The notes: generated from the letters alone by a model not told the origin. 64,000 nucleotides of DNA from Chrysomallon squamiferum (GCA_012295275.1 CM022671.1:10912001-10976000), one strand, 5' to 3'; numbered from the stretch's first letter, positions 26,665 to 41,746 are shown. A program made the numbers and translations.

Positions 26665-27426
26665 AAAAAAAAAAAAAAAAAACAAGTATAGGTTATGTAA
26701 TCACCCAGATGAGCAACAGTAATGAATGTAAATATTACGTAATAAGCGCAATACGTCACAATGGAATAGATGAAAGTGACGTATCACAGAGATGACCCGA
26801 TTAGATCTTTATACCAAGATGCCAGGCTGTTATACTGAGATGTATCAGTATACTAGAAAAGGACATTTTAGTTTTTCATCTTGTTATCATTATCATAAAT
26901 CAAAATATATTTAATTATATAAAATTAACAGTTAACATATTATTTTGTAGTATGACATGATATTTTCACGAAATGGTGCTTAGTCTAAATAAAAACTAAA
27001 ATTAACAGTGAGATATATATTTCAAGTATGAGGTTTACTTGGTAAGTTTTTAGAATATAAAAATGCTTTTGGAACTTTTATAGCAGTAAATTTTCTGTAT
27101 TTCCATTTTATTATCATTATTATTTTTCTGAATATTTGTTTGAAGTACCAAAGTCAGTTAGTTAATAAAGTATTTCAATAAAGTAAGATATATAGAAGCT
27201 TATATTGTTAATTTTTACAATGACATCATTTCATACTTAAAATGTAAAATAAAAAATACTTTTATAAAAATAAAAAATATTTTAAAAAAATAAAAAATTT
27301 ACTAAATAAAAAATAAAGTCAGATGCAGCCGGATATGTATTCAAATTTAGAGCCGTTCTAAAACCTGATAACTATGTGTCATATATAACCCCACAACAAT
27401 ATGATCATAAAATAATACAGTTACTA

Positions 27427-27479
<53 letters not shown>
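27427..27479. repeat. (AAT)n microsatellite
   Basis: Direct inspection. Similar tracts lie at ~28527-28565, 48300-48378, 56131-56192 and 61488-61545. Confidence 0.9.
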
Positions 27480-27482
<3 letters not shown>

Positions 27483-28341
27483 TCTGAATGTCATATTTAA
27501 ACTCCTACATAAATGGAATCGTTGTATCACATACATGGCGAGCTGATAGCTGTATTATGTGTAACACTAGAACAAGTTTCAGAACAAAACAGTCATCTTC
27601 TACGTGCACCTAAAAAACAAGAAAGAAAAAAAAAGAAAAATGAAATGAAATAAAACAAACAAACAAATAACTGCGACGCCCAGATATTTTAAAACTGTGT
27701 TATTTTGTTGTTGTATTTCGCAATTAACTAAGACTGGAGGCAGAAACATCCACCATTCGCAGAATTAGGATAGGTTGACCTCCAGTTAAATGTTATGGAT
27801 AATACCGCTTTTCATTTTGTCTTAATATAATATTATACCATTTAACTACATGTGATCTTAACGGAAAATTGATGTAAAATTGAATTGCACTGTTTTTATC
27901 ACCATTGCATGTTTATAAAGAACTATCAATATATTTGTCGGAAAAAACCCCAACAACATATAGTTCGCTGTCGTTTTTGTTTCCTAAAAAGGACTAAAAC
28001 ATTAAGTAGTAAAAGTTTCTAAATTAGATTTTTGATCATTCACTAATCCAAACCACAATTTTATGATATTACCCTGAGATGAGTGTATATTTAATAATAC
28101 GTTTTAGAAAATAGTATTTTGAAAAGGAGGAAGTTGGATAAAAAAATCCTGCCATGGCTGACGGTGCATAAGAGCAAGGGTAATTTATACTTAAAATATT
28201 ATGTGGTTTTTTTTCTGCACTTTTAATATTAAATATAATTTTTGATATAACAGATGGAAATGATAAAAACTCTGATCTGCTGACTACAGATGAATCTGTT
28301 TCTTGATGTCTGATTAGCTCACGTAGTCATACTCGATACTG

Positions 28342-28523
28342 ATGATTCTGAGTTGTCTTCTGTCAACAATGACACTGACAGGTGAGTTCAACAGAAAGGG
28401 TTATTCCATTGAACTAAATCTATTTTTTATTGTACATTTGCCATTGCTTTTTATTCTGCCAGAATAATTCAACATTTTATCCACATTTTCATCTTTTGAA
28501 TTTTATTTATTTATTTATTCATC

Positions 28524-28566
<43 letters not shown>

Positions 28567-31500
28567 TACAAGTAAGAAGTGTCTTTTGTCATTTTCATGT
28601 TTTTCTACAACAGTATCTAAAGTGCCAACTTCGAAAGAATCCACTCGCTATCCATTTTCAAATATCTCATCATCAGATTATGATACTACCAGTTTATTTT
28701 CTCATTTACATTGCAGCTATTGGTAGAAAGTGCATTATCAATTATTATTTATTTTATTTATTTTTCTTTAATTTTTTAATAGGTGAGATATAACAGAAGT
28801 AAAATAGAGTTAGTAGTAATAGTACTTTCAACTGTATTGATTCCATATGTGTTTTCACTGACACAAATATTTTTATTATTAGCTTTTCCCCCTCATTTTA
28901 ATAGTTTAATTAGTATACAGAAAATGTTGCCTGATTGTAATTTGTTCATTACATTTGCATCTGTATAGGCTGTGAAGAAAAGAAATCATAAATGATTAAT
29001 TGATTCTGCAGGAAAGTGAAGATAAAAAAAAAAAATAATAATAATAACAAAGACTTCTGAAACATTTGTATTCAATTTTATCACATACAATTATGGGTAT
29101 ACATTGTATTATACATTGCAAAACATTAGTTGTATTAGTAAAAATATTTAGAAAATTTGATATTATACATTTGAAAAAGAAAACAGGAACAAAACATTAG
29201 CAGTAAATAACTGCTACTTATGTTCTTGTGTCGGTCACATTTTTGTACATGCATATTATTACTAGTTTTGTAGAAGTATGCACAAAGTTAGCTTTAAGCA
29301 TTATTAATTTCTTTTAAATTATAAATCACCTATTTCTAAATAGATATTCCAGGTATTATAATATTTTTAAGTTACTATTCTGAAATATTGTCCAGTTTGA
29401 ATATATCCTTCAATAATGAGCAAAACAGCAACACATGATAATCAAAATAAAAGAAAAAATGGCATTTTTTAGATAGAGGTTACATGCAAATTATTTATCT
29501 GTTTTTATGATCAGATGTTTCAGGCACAGAGCCTGTTTTGATAACATAAAAAGATTGTATTGCATTGTAGCTATTGTTCTTACTTCTTTTACCCCCATTT
29601 TTTAAAACAGAGAAATGGTTTAAACAGTTTTTTATTATTTTCCTTGTTTTCCTTAAGGCATTTATATTTTTTAACATCATAAAATTTTGTGAGGTTAAAA
29701 TGATATTTTTAAAACCAGTTAGCTAATATTTACAGTATTGCAGCTGTTTATCATAGTGTGTCAACAGACTGTATAGTTCTTTCTTTATCATATCTCTTGT
29801 CTTTCAGATTATTCAAAACTTTAAAAATGATAATTTGTGCTATCATTATTCTTTAGTAACATTTCAGTGGTAGATAATCTCTGCAGTCACATGACTGAGA
29901 AAAAGGTACTATTTCAGGTTCAATTTGTGCTATCCTTAATATGACTGAAAATATTTTCACAATGTGTATTTTGAAATGAATACATTCTTATTTGTTTAAC
30001 ATCTTTACACTTTCCATTACTTATAATTATTGAATTTTTGTTTCTTTGTCACCATGACAACTATATATTTTAAAATGGCCTAACTGCATAAGTAAACAAA
30101 TATTCCATAGCACTTTCTAAACTTTACAAATGTCTTCAGATGTTTAAACAGAATTTTCAGTTTGATCATTTGTGAAACTATAAAACTACTTATCACACCA
30201 TATATAAAAAATAACAAATAAAATCCAATTCCATTTACATTGGTAACTCAGTAATTAGTTACTGGTATTAAGAGCTTCTTTTTCTGTTGATCAAATATAT
30301 TTTCTTCAAGCAGATTCTAAACACAGCTTTCATAATTTATTATGCTATTTATATGAACAGTCATTTTGAGCTTGTACTTTAATTTAATTGTTATCACCTT
30401 ATTATTGTTTTTCTTAGTTGTTAATATTTGTTTCGTTTTGGCCATTAAATTATTTTTAAAGATAACATTTTTATGCAGTCAGTATATTAGAGAGTATCTG
30501 TCACAAAAAAAATTATAAATGTACTAACTTTTGTAATTCTTATGGTCACTTTATGCAACTATTATGAACAATGTATAATGTTAAGTCACTTGGAAGAATG
30601 TGATAACATTTCAGAATTACTGATTCTGCATTTTATGGAGTTACTTTGGCAAACAAAAAAATGTGATATTTTCATACAAAATATTATTTACTTATTTTGT
30701 CTATCCATTAATCTCTGGGATGCTGTTAAACATCTCTGTATTGCTCTAGGATTCAAAAGACAGTCTGCTGCTTTCCGGTTTAATAATTCGCTCATGAAGC
30801 ATCTCTCTAAAAAGAAATTTAACAAAACTTTATTTGATCTGCAGGTCTAGTTCTTTCATACTATTTCAAAGAAAAAAAATCACATATTACATTCGATAGA
30901 GCTTGCATAGATGTCTCAAGTAAAAATTTAAAGATCATTGATTGCTATACTTGGTGTAGGTTATATTAAGGACGTAAACTAAGGAAATTAAATTTCCAAA
31001 GAATAATTTGAAACTGAAATAACTATCTGCATTTCACAAATCATCCCTTTCCAGACTCTAGTATACTGAAATGAAAAGGTTAAGAAGAATCCTGTAACCT
31101 TATTATTTATTTATTTTTTTGTATTGTAATCATCATGCAGATTATATTAATAAATTTATAATATTAGAGTTGGTAATATTAATGAATATTAACTTTACTA
31201 TTTTGTGTTTTATTATATTTTATTATTTTTTTTTATGAGGAAACTCAATGATGTTACTCTGTGGAGATACACTTGTAGAATAGCAACAAGGAATCTTTTT
31301 ATATGCCTTCCTGTAATCTGGAAATTATATACTACCTGTGATACACCAGTTGTGGAGTACTGGATGAAATGAGAAATAGTCTAATGGGGGCACTGAAGAG
31401 GATTGATCCTGTCACTCAAAACAGCACTGCGGGTAACTGAAGCCCATGCAGCTTTTTATTTATTGCTTGTTTCATGAATGCTGAACTTAGTACAAATTTT

Positions 31501-33511
31501 ATTCTAACAGCATCATTAACACCTTGATATATAACATTTTTGTTGTTTTATCTTCATGTGGTTTTGTGATTTTTATCTTTTTTTAGCCAAATAAAACTTT
31601 CACAAGTTTCTGATGCATCTTACATTCGCTGGCTATTTGTGCATAATTTTCAAAGACAAAATATCCATGAAATGTTTAAATTTAAGCATTTACATACTCA
31701 AAATGAATTAAAAGCTTTTATACAGCAGGATGAACTAAAATAATTCAAATGTTAAAATATATTTTTTTAAATTAATCTCAAATGTGACAGGATTGGATTT
31801 CTAAAAATTGCAGTTTTTCTGTAAATCTCATTACAAACATGATTTGCAATTAGCAGTGATTAAAATACATTAAATTATTAAACTGTAAACATTTCTGAAA
31901 AATAACTGCTAAATATACAAATAGGTTCACATTGTTCATCTTCTGACATATAACTAGACACAAATACTTCATTTTTCAAATATACAAATAGTTTCACACA
32001 GTTCATCCTCTGACAGGTAACAAAACACAAATACTTTATTTCTCAGAGAAACATAAATTATCTTCATAAACATACATTTATAGACAAAATAAAAGTAATT
32101 CCCTTCTTAAAACAGACTTAAAACAGACTTTAAACAATTCTGGAATAACAGTGCTATGATAGTTATTGGCTAAATGATGGCATACACACACACACAATAT
32201 CTTTTTAAAACAAATATTTTTATCATCTGTTTAGTATCAACACATAAAATGCATGTTTATTGATAATATAACTTACTTAATTTATAACACTGAGATAGTG
32301 TAAATGAAAGCTTACATTTACGGAAATTTAAAGACCCAAAATAAGTAAACTATAATTGTTATCATATAATTGATAATGGAAGGTTCAACACTTAATTTAG
32401 ATGATGCTTGAGCATTACCAATATCTATGTCATGCCAAATTAAAAAAATATTTTCTTAGACAGAAAAGGTTTTTTTTTTGATTTTGTTTTCTTTTTTCCT
32501 TAGACACACTTTGATTTTATCTTTATTTTAAAACTGTATCTTATGATTAAAATTATAAATCTTCTTTCAGATTACATCATAAGTTGTTTTGAAAAGTTTT
32601 GTCATACTGGACATGATTGAATTTTTGTTTATTACATATTGCTGTCATTTAACTGATCAATTCCACCCATGTTTTGTTTTTATTCTTTGCATTATTGTTG
32701 AACTATTTGTAATCCATCTGTTGCATTTAAAAATTACACAGAGCATTTCTTTTATCAGGAATAGTCATACATATTATTGTTTTATTATTTTTTTAGTTAT
32801 GTTTTCACAAAAGAACATTGTGAAGCTTATTGAATAAACTTGTTTAATTTTTTTCACTTAACAATGCTTATTGCACATCACTGTTTTAAACATCATTAGA
32901 AATATGCTATTGATTTCTGTCTACATATTTATAAAGAACAATGCCTTTTCTTATCTCTGCCGGTAACACTTAATGCTTGTTGAATATTTTCTCATTAAGT
33001 GCAGAACTTTTGTGATTGCCTTTAAAATGACAGATTTACATATAATCTATTTTAACCATGTTTTTCTGAATATTAATCAAGTTAATTATATAAATTAGAA
33101 AATCATTAAAATTTATTGTAAAATTGTGTCATACAGTCTTATGTGATTCTGTTACATGTATCAAATTATAGTAATGATTAATTAAGGACTTGATGCAAAT
33201 TGTGTAAATATTCAGCATGCATAAAGCAGCTCTGGCTGTTGGTACTGACGTAGTTATTGATGAACACACATTTATTCTGAAGGTTTTGTGTTGAATCTGT
33301 GATAATTGAGTGTACTCTGCACCAGTTTTCTTTGTGTTCTTTGTGAAACAGTATTGATTGCTAGGTCTGCACAATGTAAATGGTTGCTGACAAAATTTCC
33401 ACAGCAAATTTATTTTGTAACACATATGTCAAACTCTACTTCCAAAATGTAGCTGCAGTTTTGAAACTGTATATTTGCTGGTAATGGTCAATGTTATATC
33501 TTTTTTAATTT

Positions 33512-33553
<42 letters not shown>

Positions 33554-36500
33554 CTTTCAAAATAATAATAATATTATTATTATAAATAAAAGATTCATTT
33601 AATCTGTATTCACAAATCCATAACCTTAATTTATTTCATTTCTTTTTTTTACTTTTTTTTTTTTTTTTTTAAATAAAATTAAAAATAGCTGTTGTTATAA
33701 ATGCTGTTACTTGTTTAGTTGGTTAATTTAATTGTCAATGAAATTTCTGCATATTTCAAATGTAAATATTTTTAGAAATTTCACTTAAACTGTTACACTA
33801 AAAATGTTCTTGTGTGTTCTTTAAAGATTATCACAAAGATTATTCATATTAAATTGAGAATTATATTATTATTATTATTATTATTGATAAAAGTCATTAA
33901 GCTTTTGATACATAATGAAAAAAGTTTAAATTTGTTAGTTAAAAGTTTGATCATTGTTTAACATTGTAATAGACATATAGGAAGATAAAACTATTACATT
34001 ATAGTCAACAGAGGGGGAATCTACTTTTTAAAAGCAACTGAAATGATCTTTTTTAAAAATGTGACAACAAGCTAGTTTAATAAAATGTTTAAGGTTTTAA
34101 AACAAAACCAAATTTTTAAAATTATGTACATTACAAATCTGTTAAAAAACACAACAAAACAAAAAAGAAAGACATTTATGTCCACATCATAATAAATATT
34201 TGAATATTTGTGTAAAATTAAGATAGATAATGTTAAGTGAATATGAATTTCTTTTTATTATGAAATTAACACTTGTTTTACATTTGCAGGTCCTGCAATG
34301 TCAGCATCAGCTCCCTGCTTTGACTGGAAGGGGGATCCAGTAAATCACGGCTTGAAATTCTACCCTACAAATGATCCTTGCTTAATGTGCACTTGTGATA
34401 ATGGTTTCCAAATCATGTGCAAAGCTGTGGCATGTCTTCCACCTCAGGACTCAAACTGCAAAAAGTTGGAGAAGGTTAAGGGATCCTGTTGTGATTATAG
34501 ATGTCTTGATCCACCTTTCAACAACTCTACAAATGGGGGTACAGGTAGGCTTCTAACTTGAAATAAGATCTTTACAATGTTTTAATTTAATTTTGTAAAT
34601 TTTATATTAATCAATTATCAATCAATAATTCATTTACATTCATAAAATTGTTTAATCCCCAAAGTTAGTGCATGCATTAGTAAGTTACCTTACCATTCTT
34701 ACTGTAACTTATGAGATATTTTTTCTAGTTAAAATATATTTCTACATTAATTAACATATTTTTAAATTCAATGGATTTGAAGATATATTTCAAAGTAAAA
34801 TATTATGTAATAAAAGTTTATTTTACAATAAAATATTTAAACAGCCAGTGTGAATTGGTAAATTATATATTCATTCTATATGTAACTTCTGAGATAGTTA
34901 TTCTAGTTAAAATTATTTCTCTCCATTAACTAAGACATTTTTAAAATACTGAATTGAAACTTACATTTGAATAAATAAAATTTTGTATCTAATAAACAGT
35001 AATTTCCATTAATTAAAAAAAAAATTAAAATTCTCTGTATGATGATAAGGAAATCATGTTATTATGTATTTGTGTGATTTTGATATTTCAGTTATTGAGG
35101 ATGAGAGCATTTCAAATCTTGGTTTGCGACTGGTAGCCAGTACCGTGACTTCATTTCTTGTGCTGGCTTTGCTTCTGTTTGTTGTACACAGACTCAGACA
35201 AAGACGACTGGTACTAGCAATGCGACGTAAGATAACATTTCCGTGCACACACATTTTGAAAACCTTCCACATACGGTCATATACAGTTATTCATATAAAT
35301 ATCTGGTAGTAAAAATTAAAGTAATGAAAATTTGAAAACTGCACCACATGTGGTGTTAAATATCACACCTATTTCAAACTATAGATATATTACAGCTGAA
35401 ATAACTGTGTCATTAATGCATAATTCCAGATTAATTAAAAGTACATGAAAAAATAAATTTTACTGAACAACACATAACAAGCTGAAATTTTCAAGTGTTC
35501 AAAATACCATTTTATTATTTTCAAAAAATACAGAAACAAAATAAATTAATGAAAATTTGTCTTTCTTTTTTCAATTTTTTGACACAGTGTTTGTTCTTAT
35601 TTATAGGCTTTGAAATTGAAGCCAGAAGACAGCGTCTGGAGGAAACAGACTATGATCACAATATTCCTGACAGCTTTTTTGGTATAGAATGTCCTCCCTA
35701 TGAAGATCCTCCACCACCATATTCATCACCCAAACCACCTCCCCAGACATTACCAGGAGAGGCACCTCCACCTTATGAAGAAGTAGATCACACTCAAAAT
35801 AATAGATCAGTTGCTTTTGATAACAGAGAGAGTAGTTCGGAAGGTACAGGTAGTAATGTAGTTAGTTACGAAAATACTCAAACTGATGACAGAATTATAA
35901 ACCAGGAGACACTAAACAGACATTCTGTAATGACTCAAATTTGTCAGTTGGTGCTCAGACATCATCAGTTGAAAAACTCGGGTAACAGTACTAACTCTGA
36001 AAGGGAAAACAGTAATGGTCATCTCTCAACATCTAGCTTGGATTTAAGTAGCTCCAAAGTTCATGATGTTAGCCTAGACTCATTGCAGAGCAGTGGCAAA
36101 ATGGCTCAGGATGAATGTGGAAGTACTGAGTCAGTACAGTGTTGCAGTTGTCATTGTGAACAGACAGTTTTAAAAAGACTGCACAGCCCAGAAGATAAAG
36201 ATGAGAAAGAGGACAGTTGTAGATGCAAACTGAGAGAAGAGGCTACAGCGACTCAGTACAGTAATTCTACTTCAAGAATAGCACTTCTTCAGAAGAGATT
36301 GTCCTCATGTAAGTCATATCCAGAAGAAAACAATCCTGTTTCTTGGCACTCAAATGAAAAAGATATTGCTGATAGCTTGGAAACTGATACGTTATCAGAT
36401 AATGAATATGATAGACAGAATTTATCACCTGCCATCTTTTCCAAATCAGATATACCTTGTGAAGAACAAGTTAGAGAGAGTTGGATTATACAAAGGGGTT

Positions 36501-37954
36501 ATCTTCAAGGAATGTCCAGTAAAGATGAAACTACAAATGGTAAACCCATCTCCTCACTTAGCAATTCAAATAAATGTCCAGCAGTATTAACAGAAGAAAG
36601 ACTTACTAAAATAGGAGGCCAGAAAATGCTTAATTTAGCTGTTAATGAAAATCATACACCAAGAAGTGAATCTCTTTTAAATCCGAGTTGGAATTCAAAT
36701 ACTAGGTCTGAGAGCCCGGAGTCAGCTACATCAACAATGGAGAAAAATATTGTCCGATCACAGTCTGTTCATTCTGAAATTTCCTTGTTATCTGTATGTT
36801 CAGAGACAGGTGAGAAGAGAGCATCCAGAAATGCATCTAAAGTTTTGAAAAATGATTCACCATATCCTGAAACTTCTGTTTCTACAAACCCATATGAAAT
36901 GGCCATGGAGAATAACTCTTTGGAGTCAGAATCATATAGCTTTATTGATTTTGGAGATAGCAAATCAAATGAATATAATAGACGCACCATTTCTAATCCA
37001 ACAGAACTTAATCATACATCTTTTGAGTCTAATTCAAGAGATGGGAAATCAACAAAATCAAAATTAAATGCTATTGAAGAAAATGGCATTGAAATGACTT
37101 ATTATATAAAACGTGAAGAAAACTGCCAGTCTGTTACTGATAATGTAAAACAAAATAAACCAGCTGCATCTTCTAAACATAAGTCAAGATCAAAGAAAAA
37201 GGACAAAGAAAAACAATGTCATCATTCTGTATGTGATCAGTCCTCTCCGAAAACGAAGAAACAGCTGTCAACCTATATGGATTTGAATGATGTCAAAAAA
37301 CATTGTCCTGTGACTAATGGAAATTCCAGTGCAACCCATGTAAAGGCTACTACTGATCCTGCAAGGAAAAAACTGAAATCAGGAGTTGGTTCTTTCAAAC
37401 AGTATGGTTTTATTGATGATCCTACTCATTTTCAGTCACGTGTTGCTGCCAGAAATAACAGTGAGCAGCAGCAGCACATCAGTAGACAGAGTCCACGTGA
37501 CAGCAGACATGTCACTGCCAAAGAATGTTATGAAAACCACAGACCATTGGCTGCAAACAAATCGGGGATAAAACGCCTAACAAAAGCAGATAGGAGTTCA
37601 TATAACCCAAGTCCAACAAAAGGCAAGGCATCTAGACCAATCTCTATGGTCCAGGCACCAAAAGATAAAAATCCAGGCTATGAAGATATTATCCAGTATT
37701 CTGTAGCCAATCAAAACATTGCTCACAGAAAATCGCAGAGTTGTCACAGCAAAGCAAGACAGTCGTGTCCAGAGTTTACCGGTGTGCACTGTCATGTCGA
37801 GGTTGGTAGCATGGTGAAAATGCCATGTACTGGAAAAAGTGAAGAAAAAACATTTTCTCATCCTTGTCCTAATGGATTAACTGATCATAGTTCTTCAGAT
37901 ATTCCTTCTGGACTGATCACAGTTAGAAATGGACCTCTAAGTAGTTATGTTTAG
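28342..37954 (+). CDS. DGCR2: DGCR2/IDD-like single-pass membrane protein (signal peptide, VWC domain, TM, PPxY motifs, long disordered tail), ~925 aa
   Basis: Exons 28342-28381 (putative signal peptide MILSCLLSTMTLT|G, least certain), 34290-34544 (VWC: CFDWKG...DPCLMCTC...CKAVAC...CCDYRCLDP), 35092-35226 (GLRLVASTVTSFLVLALLLFVVHRLRQRR, resembling the DGCR2 TM) and 35607-37954 (DPPPPY...). All introns are phase 1 GT-AG. Confidence 0.85.
31226..31445 (-). mobile_element. Degenerate tRNA-derived SINE-like remnant
   Basis: Blocks tagcaacaaggaatctttttatatgc...acaccagttgtggagtactgg...gaaatagtctaatggg...gattgatcct resemble, from recall, the reverse strand of an abundant gastropod SINE. It is related to the copy at 38540-38810. 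Confidence 0.55.
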
Positions 37955-38539
37955 ATTATTAATATTAAATATTATTACTGGAAGTGTATTATCTTAAAAC
38001 ATCATTTGGACATTTAATCCCTGTGTAAATTAATATTTGTCCTGTACATAATTTTATAATGTTGTAATGATTATTAAATTTTCAAGGTTTTAATGTTTTC
38101 ATTCTAACATTTTAAATGACAATCTTTATAAAAAGCTAGAACATTAGATGTTTTAATATACATAAAGCTTACCCTTCAGTTGATAATTAAATTGATATAC
38201 TAATTAGTTTGGTAATTTTTGTAAAAATATTAGCGATACATTTATTACATAAATAATAGATTTATTTTGTTAGGATTAATTATAGTACATAAACAAAACA
38301 AAATCAATAAAACTTAAGAATTTAAAGTAATAATGTTATTTTTATATTTCATTTTCACATGGTTTTAATATTTATGTAACCACACAATTTTTTAAATTTA
38401 AAAAAAAAAATTTCCCCATCCTTCTGAAATGGAACAAAATTAATAATACCAATAATAAAAATATGAATAAAAATAAGTAATGAAAATATTTAAGATCAGA
38501 ATATTTAGCTAAATGTGTTCGGTATTAAAATATGCCAAA

Positions 38540-38810
38540 AGCAAAGGGCAACAGAGTTCAATTCTCCTTATTACAAACATTTGGAGATTTCCTTTCTCAT
38601 AGGTGCCACACTACTTATTTATCATAGGTTGTGTTATGTTCTTTCCTGTCACTGAGAAGGTGTATATACAATACCTCTTGTTGCTAATTGAAATGACAAC
38701 AACATATACTGGCAGTCGGTTTCCACTCTCCTTATCAGAATCAGCCATGTAACACTTTGATTAAAAATGAATAACTTAATATTGTTAAATAAAATTATTT
38801 CTTTCTTCCA
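38540..38810 (+). mobile_element. Degenerate SINE-like remnant
   Basis: gagttcaattc (B-box-like)...ggttgtgttatgttctttcctgtc...cctcttgttgctaattgaaa...ggcagtcggtttcc...gttaaataaaattatttctttcttcc. Same family as the 31226-31445 copy, in opposite orientation. Confidence 0.45.
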
Positions 38811-41746
38811 TTCTTAAAAATAGTTAAAAATCAATTTAAATTTATATAGGTCGACAATTAAAAAAGTTATTATCCGTTATTTCTAAAATCTAAAATGCAA
38901 TTTTACTTTTATTTATTTTATTGATCTGATATTTAAATTTTGATAAAGAATATATGAATAATAGGTTAAGACTCAAAAAATTAAATATGTATGTGGTATG
39001 AGAAATCAATAAAACACTTTTTAAAAACAATGCCAGAATGTATTACACTGACGTATCTTTTATTTACATTTATTTATTTACTTAACTAGTGAAGCAATGA
39101 AATTTGTACCATTAATTTTTGGTTTATTTATTATTATTATGTTATATTTTTTTTTGTTGTTACTTGTAAGACTTTATTCTAAATTTTTATTCCATTTTAA
39201 ATTATTTTACTTAATTATGGTTTATAACATTTATAATATGAAAATTAGAAATCTGTGCAGATTTAATTATGGTCAGGAATATTATGAAAATTTGCTTCCA
39301 ATGAAATGTTACTTGTATGTTATTTTATCATAATTGCAGATCTGCATATACAAAAAATTTTTATTAGTGTTTTAAGATGTCTTTCATTATAATTATATCA
39401 CATGCATGTAATTTGAATTACCTCTTGTAATCTAAATACATTTTTGGATCTAGATTGTGTTTTTTTCAGCAGAATTTGAATTATGTTGTTTCACTCACGT
39501 ATTAATTTTTTTCTTTAAAGAAAATGAATTATGAATGAATTACCTTTTGAGACTTAAACTTAGTGTGGTAGCATAAAAATAGTTTATTTTAGAATGGAAT
39601 AGGAATTTGTTTATTTTAGAATGGAATAGGAATTTGTATTTGATAATGTTACCTGTTGAAGTGACTGAAAACAGGAAAAATTAAAAAAAAAAAATTTTTT
39701 CATGTTAAAATGTTTCACAGTACTAAACAAATTTCCTTTTTGTTTTATTCCAGTTTGTATTTCCTGTGAAAATATATTGAAACCAAATATCGATGAAAAA
39801 AAAAGAAAAAGAATCAGGAAATATTTGATAACACTTAACACAAATTTAATATCTTAATATCAGAGAGAGGTTTTACTTTTCCATATTAATGGTAACTAGT
39901 GGTTGTTCAGGTGCATTTTCCGGTAGTAGATGTATTTGGCAAATTTTATGTATGTTATTGAAAACTGTCTGGAAAGGACAACAAGACTCAGAATTATGTA
40001 GTTGAGAATTAATGCTGTGAAGTGTACTGTCTATTGTGACTGAGACAGGAAAAAATATTTAATCAATCCATTTTAATCTGTTTCAAGCACATGACCTTTG
40101 TGTGTATGTGTGTGTGTTTAATATTCACATCATTAGATTATATGCTTATAATCTTGAATATATATGTAATGCAGACTCAAGTGTTGTGATTAAAAAGCAT
40201 TTATTATTATTACTTTTCTTTTTATAGAAATGTTTGTTTTTAGGTGTAAATAGTTTGAAATAGAAACGCTGAAATCAGAAAAATGTTTCAAAATCATTTG
40301 CTGCAATAATTAAATACACTGATAAAGGATTGGTTACTATTAAAGCGTTACCTAATTTAGGTAATCAAATTATTGCAACATTCCATTAAAAATAAATCTA
40401 AAAATAAATGAAAAATCTTTAAATATTTATTTATGATCTACTTATATTAAAAAATGTTCCTCAACAATCTCATTTATAACAAGTTTTAAAATTAACCTTT
40501 TGTAAATAGGAAAATCTCAAAAATAAAAGTATGAATAAAATAAGTAATGAAAATATTTAAGATCAGAATACAGACATAAAAACAACTAAAATATTAACAA
40601 GAAAAGTTATAAAATGATCACAGACCATGCTAATTCATCCTTAAATTGGTACAAACATTATATATAAATGAGCATAAAAAATATAATCATTAATGTTTTT
40701 AAATAAAAAATATCTCAATAATAAGTTGCCATCAAATTGTCACTCAATTGAAAGTGACAAAAAAACCACATGTCATGTTAAAATACAATATTCAAATAAA
40801 ACCAGAAAATGCAAGACCATGTGAACTGTGTATTTTAACTGACTGGTGCTGTGACTTGATTTTTTTACTTTCACTGAAGTCCTGTAATAGTTGCATTTAA
40901 AATTGTTGACTGACAATTAACATTAAAATTTTGAGCACGTTATACGATTCAATTAACATCATTAGTCTGAAAATATATGGAAGATAATCCATTTATATGT
41001 AGCACATAATTGTAGTAGGGAATATTAACTCCAGATAGGCCAATAAGCATTAAAATACTGTGACTGTAATAATGTAATTCTTGTAAATAAAGTATCTGCT
41101 ACAAATTATTACTGTGTTCATAATTATTTTGCTGTTCAGTAAAAATGATATTTCTGCATGTTTCTTTTTATTATTATTATAATGATATTATCTAGTGATT
41201 TGTATATGCAAATGGGATTTTAGTTTCTCCTTCAAATAAAATTATGTTTAAATAGTATCAAAGGCAGTTGAAAAAGGAATAAATATCCTCAGTTATGTTA
41301 CAAAATAAAATGATCTCACATGAACAAAAATAAATAGTTCAGCAGTTCATATTTCCCTGAGAAATAAATGCTAGCTAAAAATAAAAATAAAAACATGCAA
41401 GCACATTTGAAATTAAATCTTCTGAGAAATATGCAATTATTAAGTAGTATAAGGTCAAAATTTCAGTTATAAATATTTCAACTTCTTGTTTATCAAGGAT
41501 GACATATTTTGTTTTTGCTTTCTACAATCTTCAATACATGGTGCACATTTTTCAAACATATCAAATTTACATATAGAATATGAAGACTTAATATTTTTGA
41601 AAAAAGGAGCCAACACTGAAGTAAAAAATAGACTATGATTACTAAACTAGATCTTCATAATAGTTGTAAGGGTTTTGATGTGTGCAATTTATTATTTGGA
41701 TACAGTTTTTCCCAAAGAAATGCTGACCAAGACACACTCTTCCATG

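Noticed and set aside
36354-37861. Several short ORFs overlapping the large DGCR2-like exon
   Set aside because: Shadow ORFs with no independent splice or start support.
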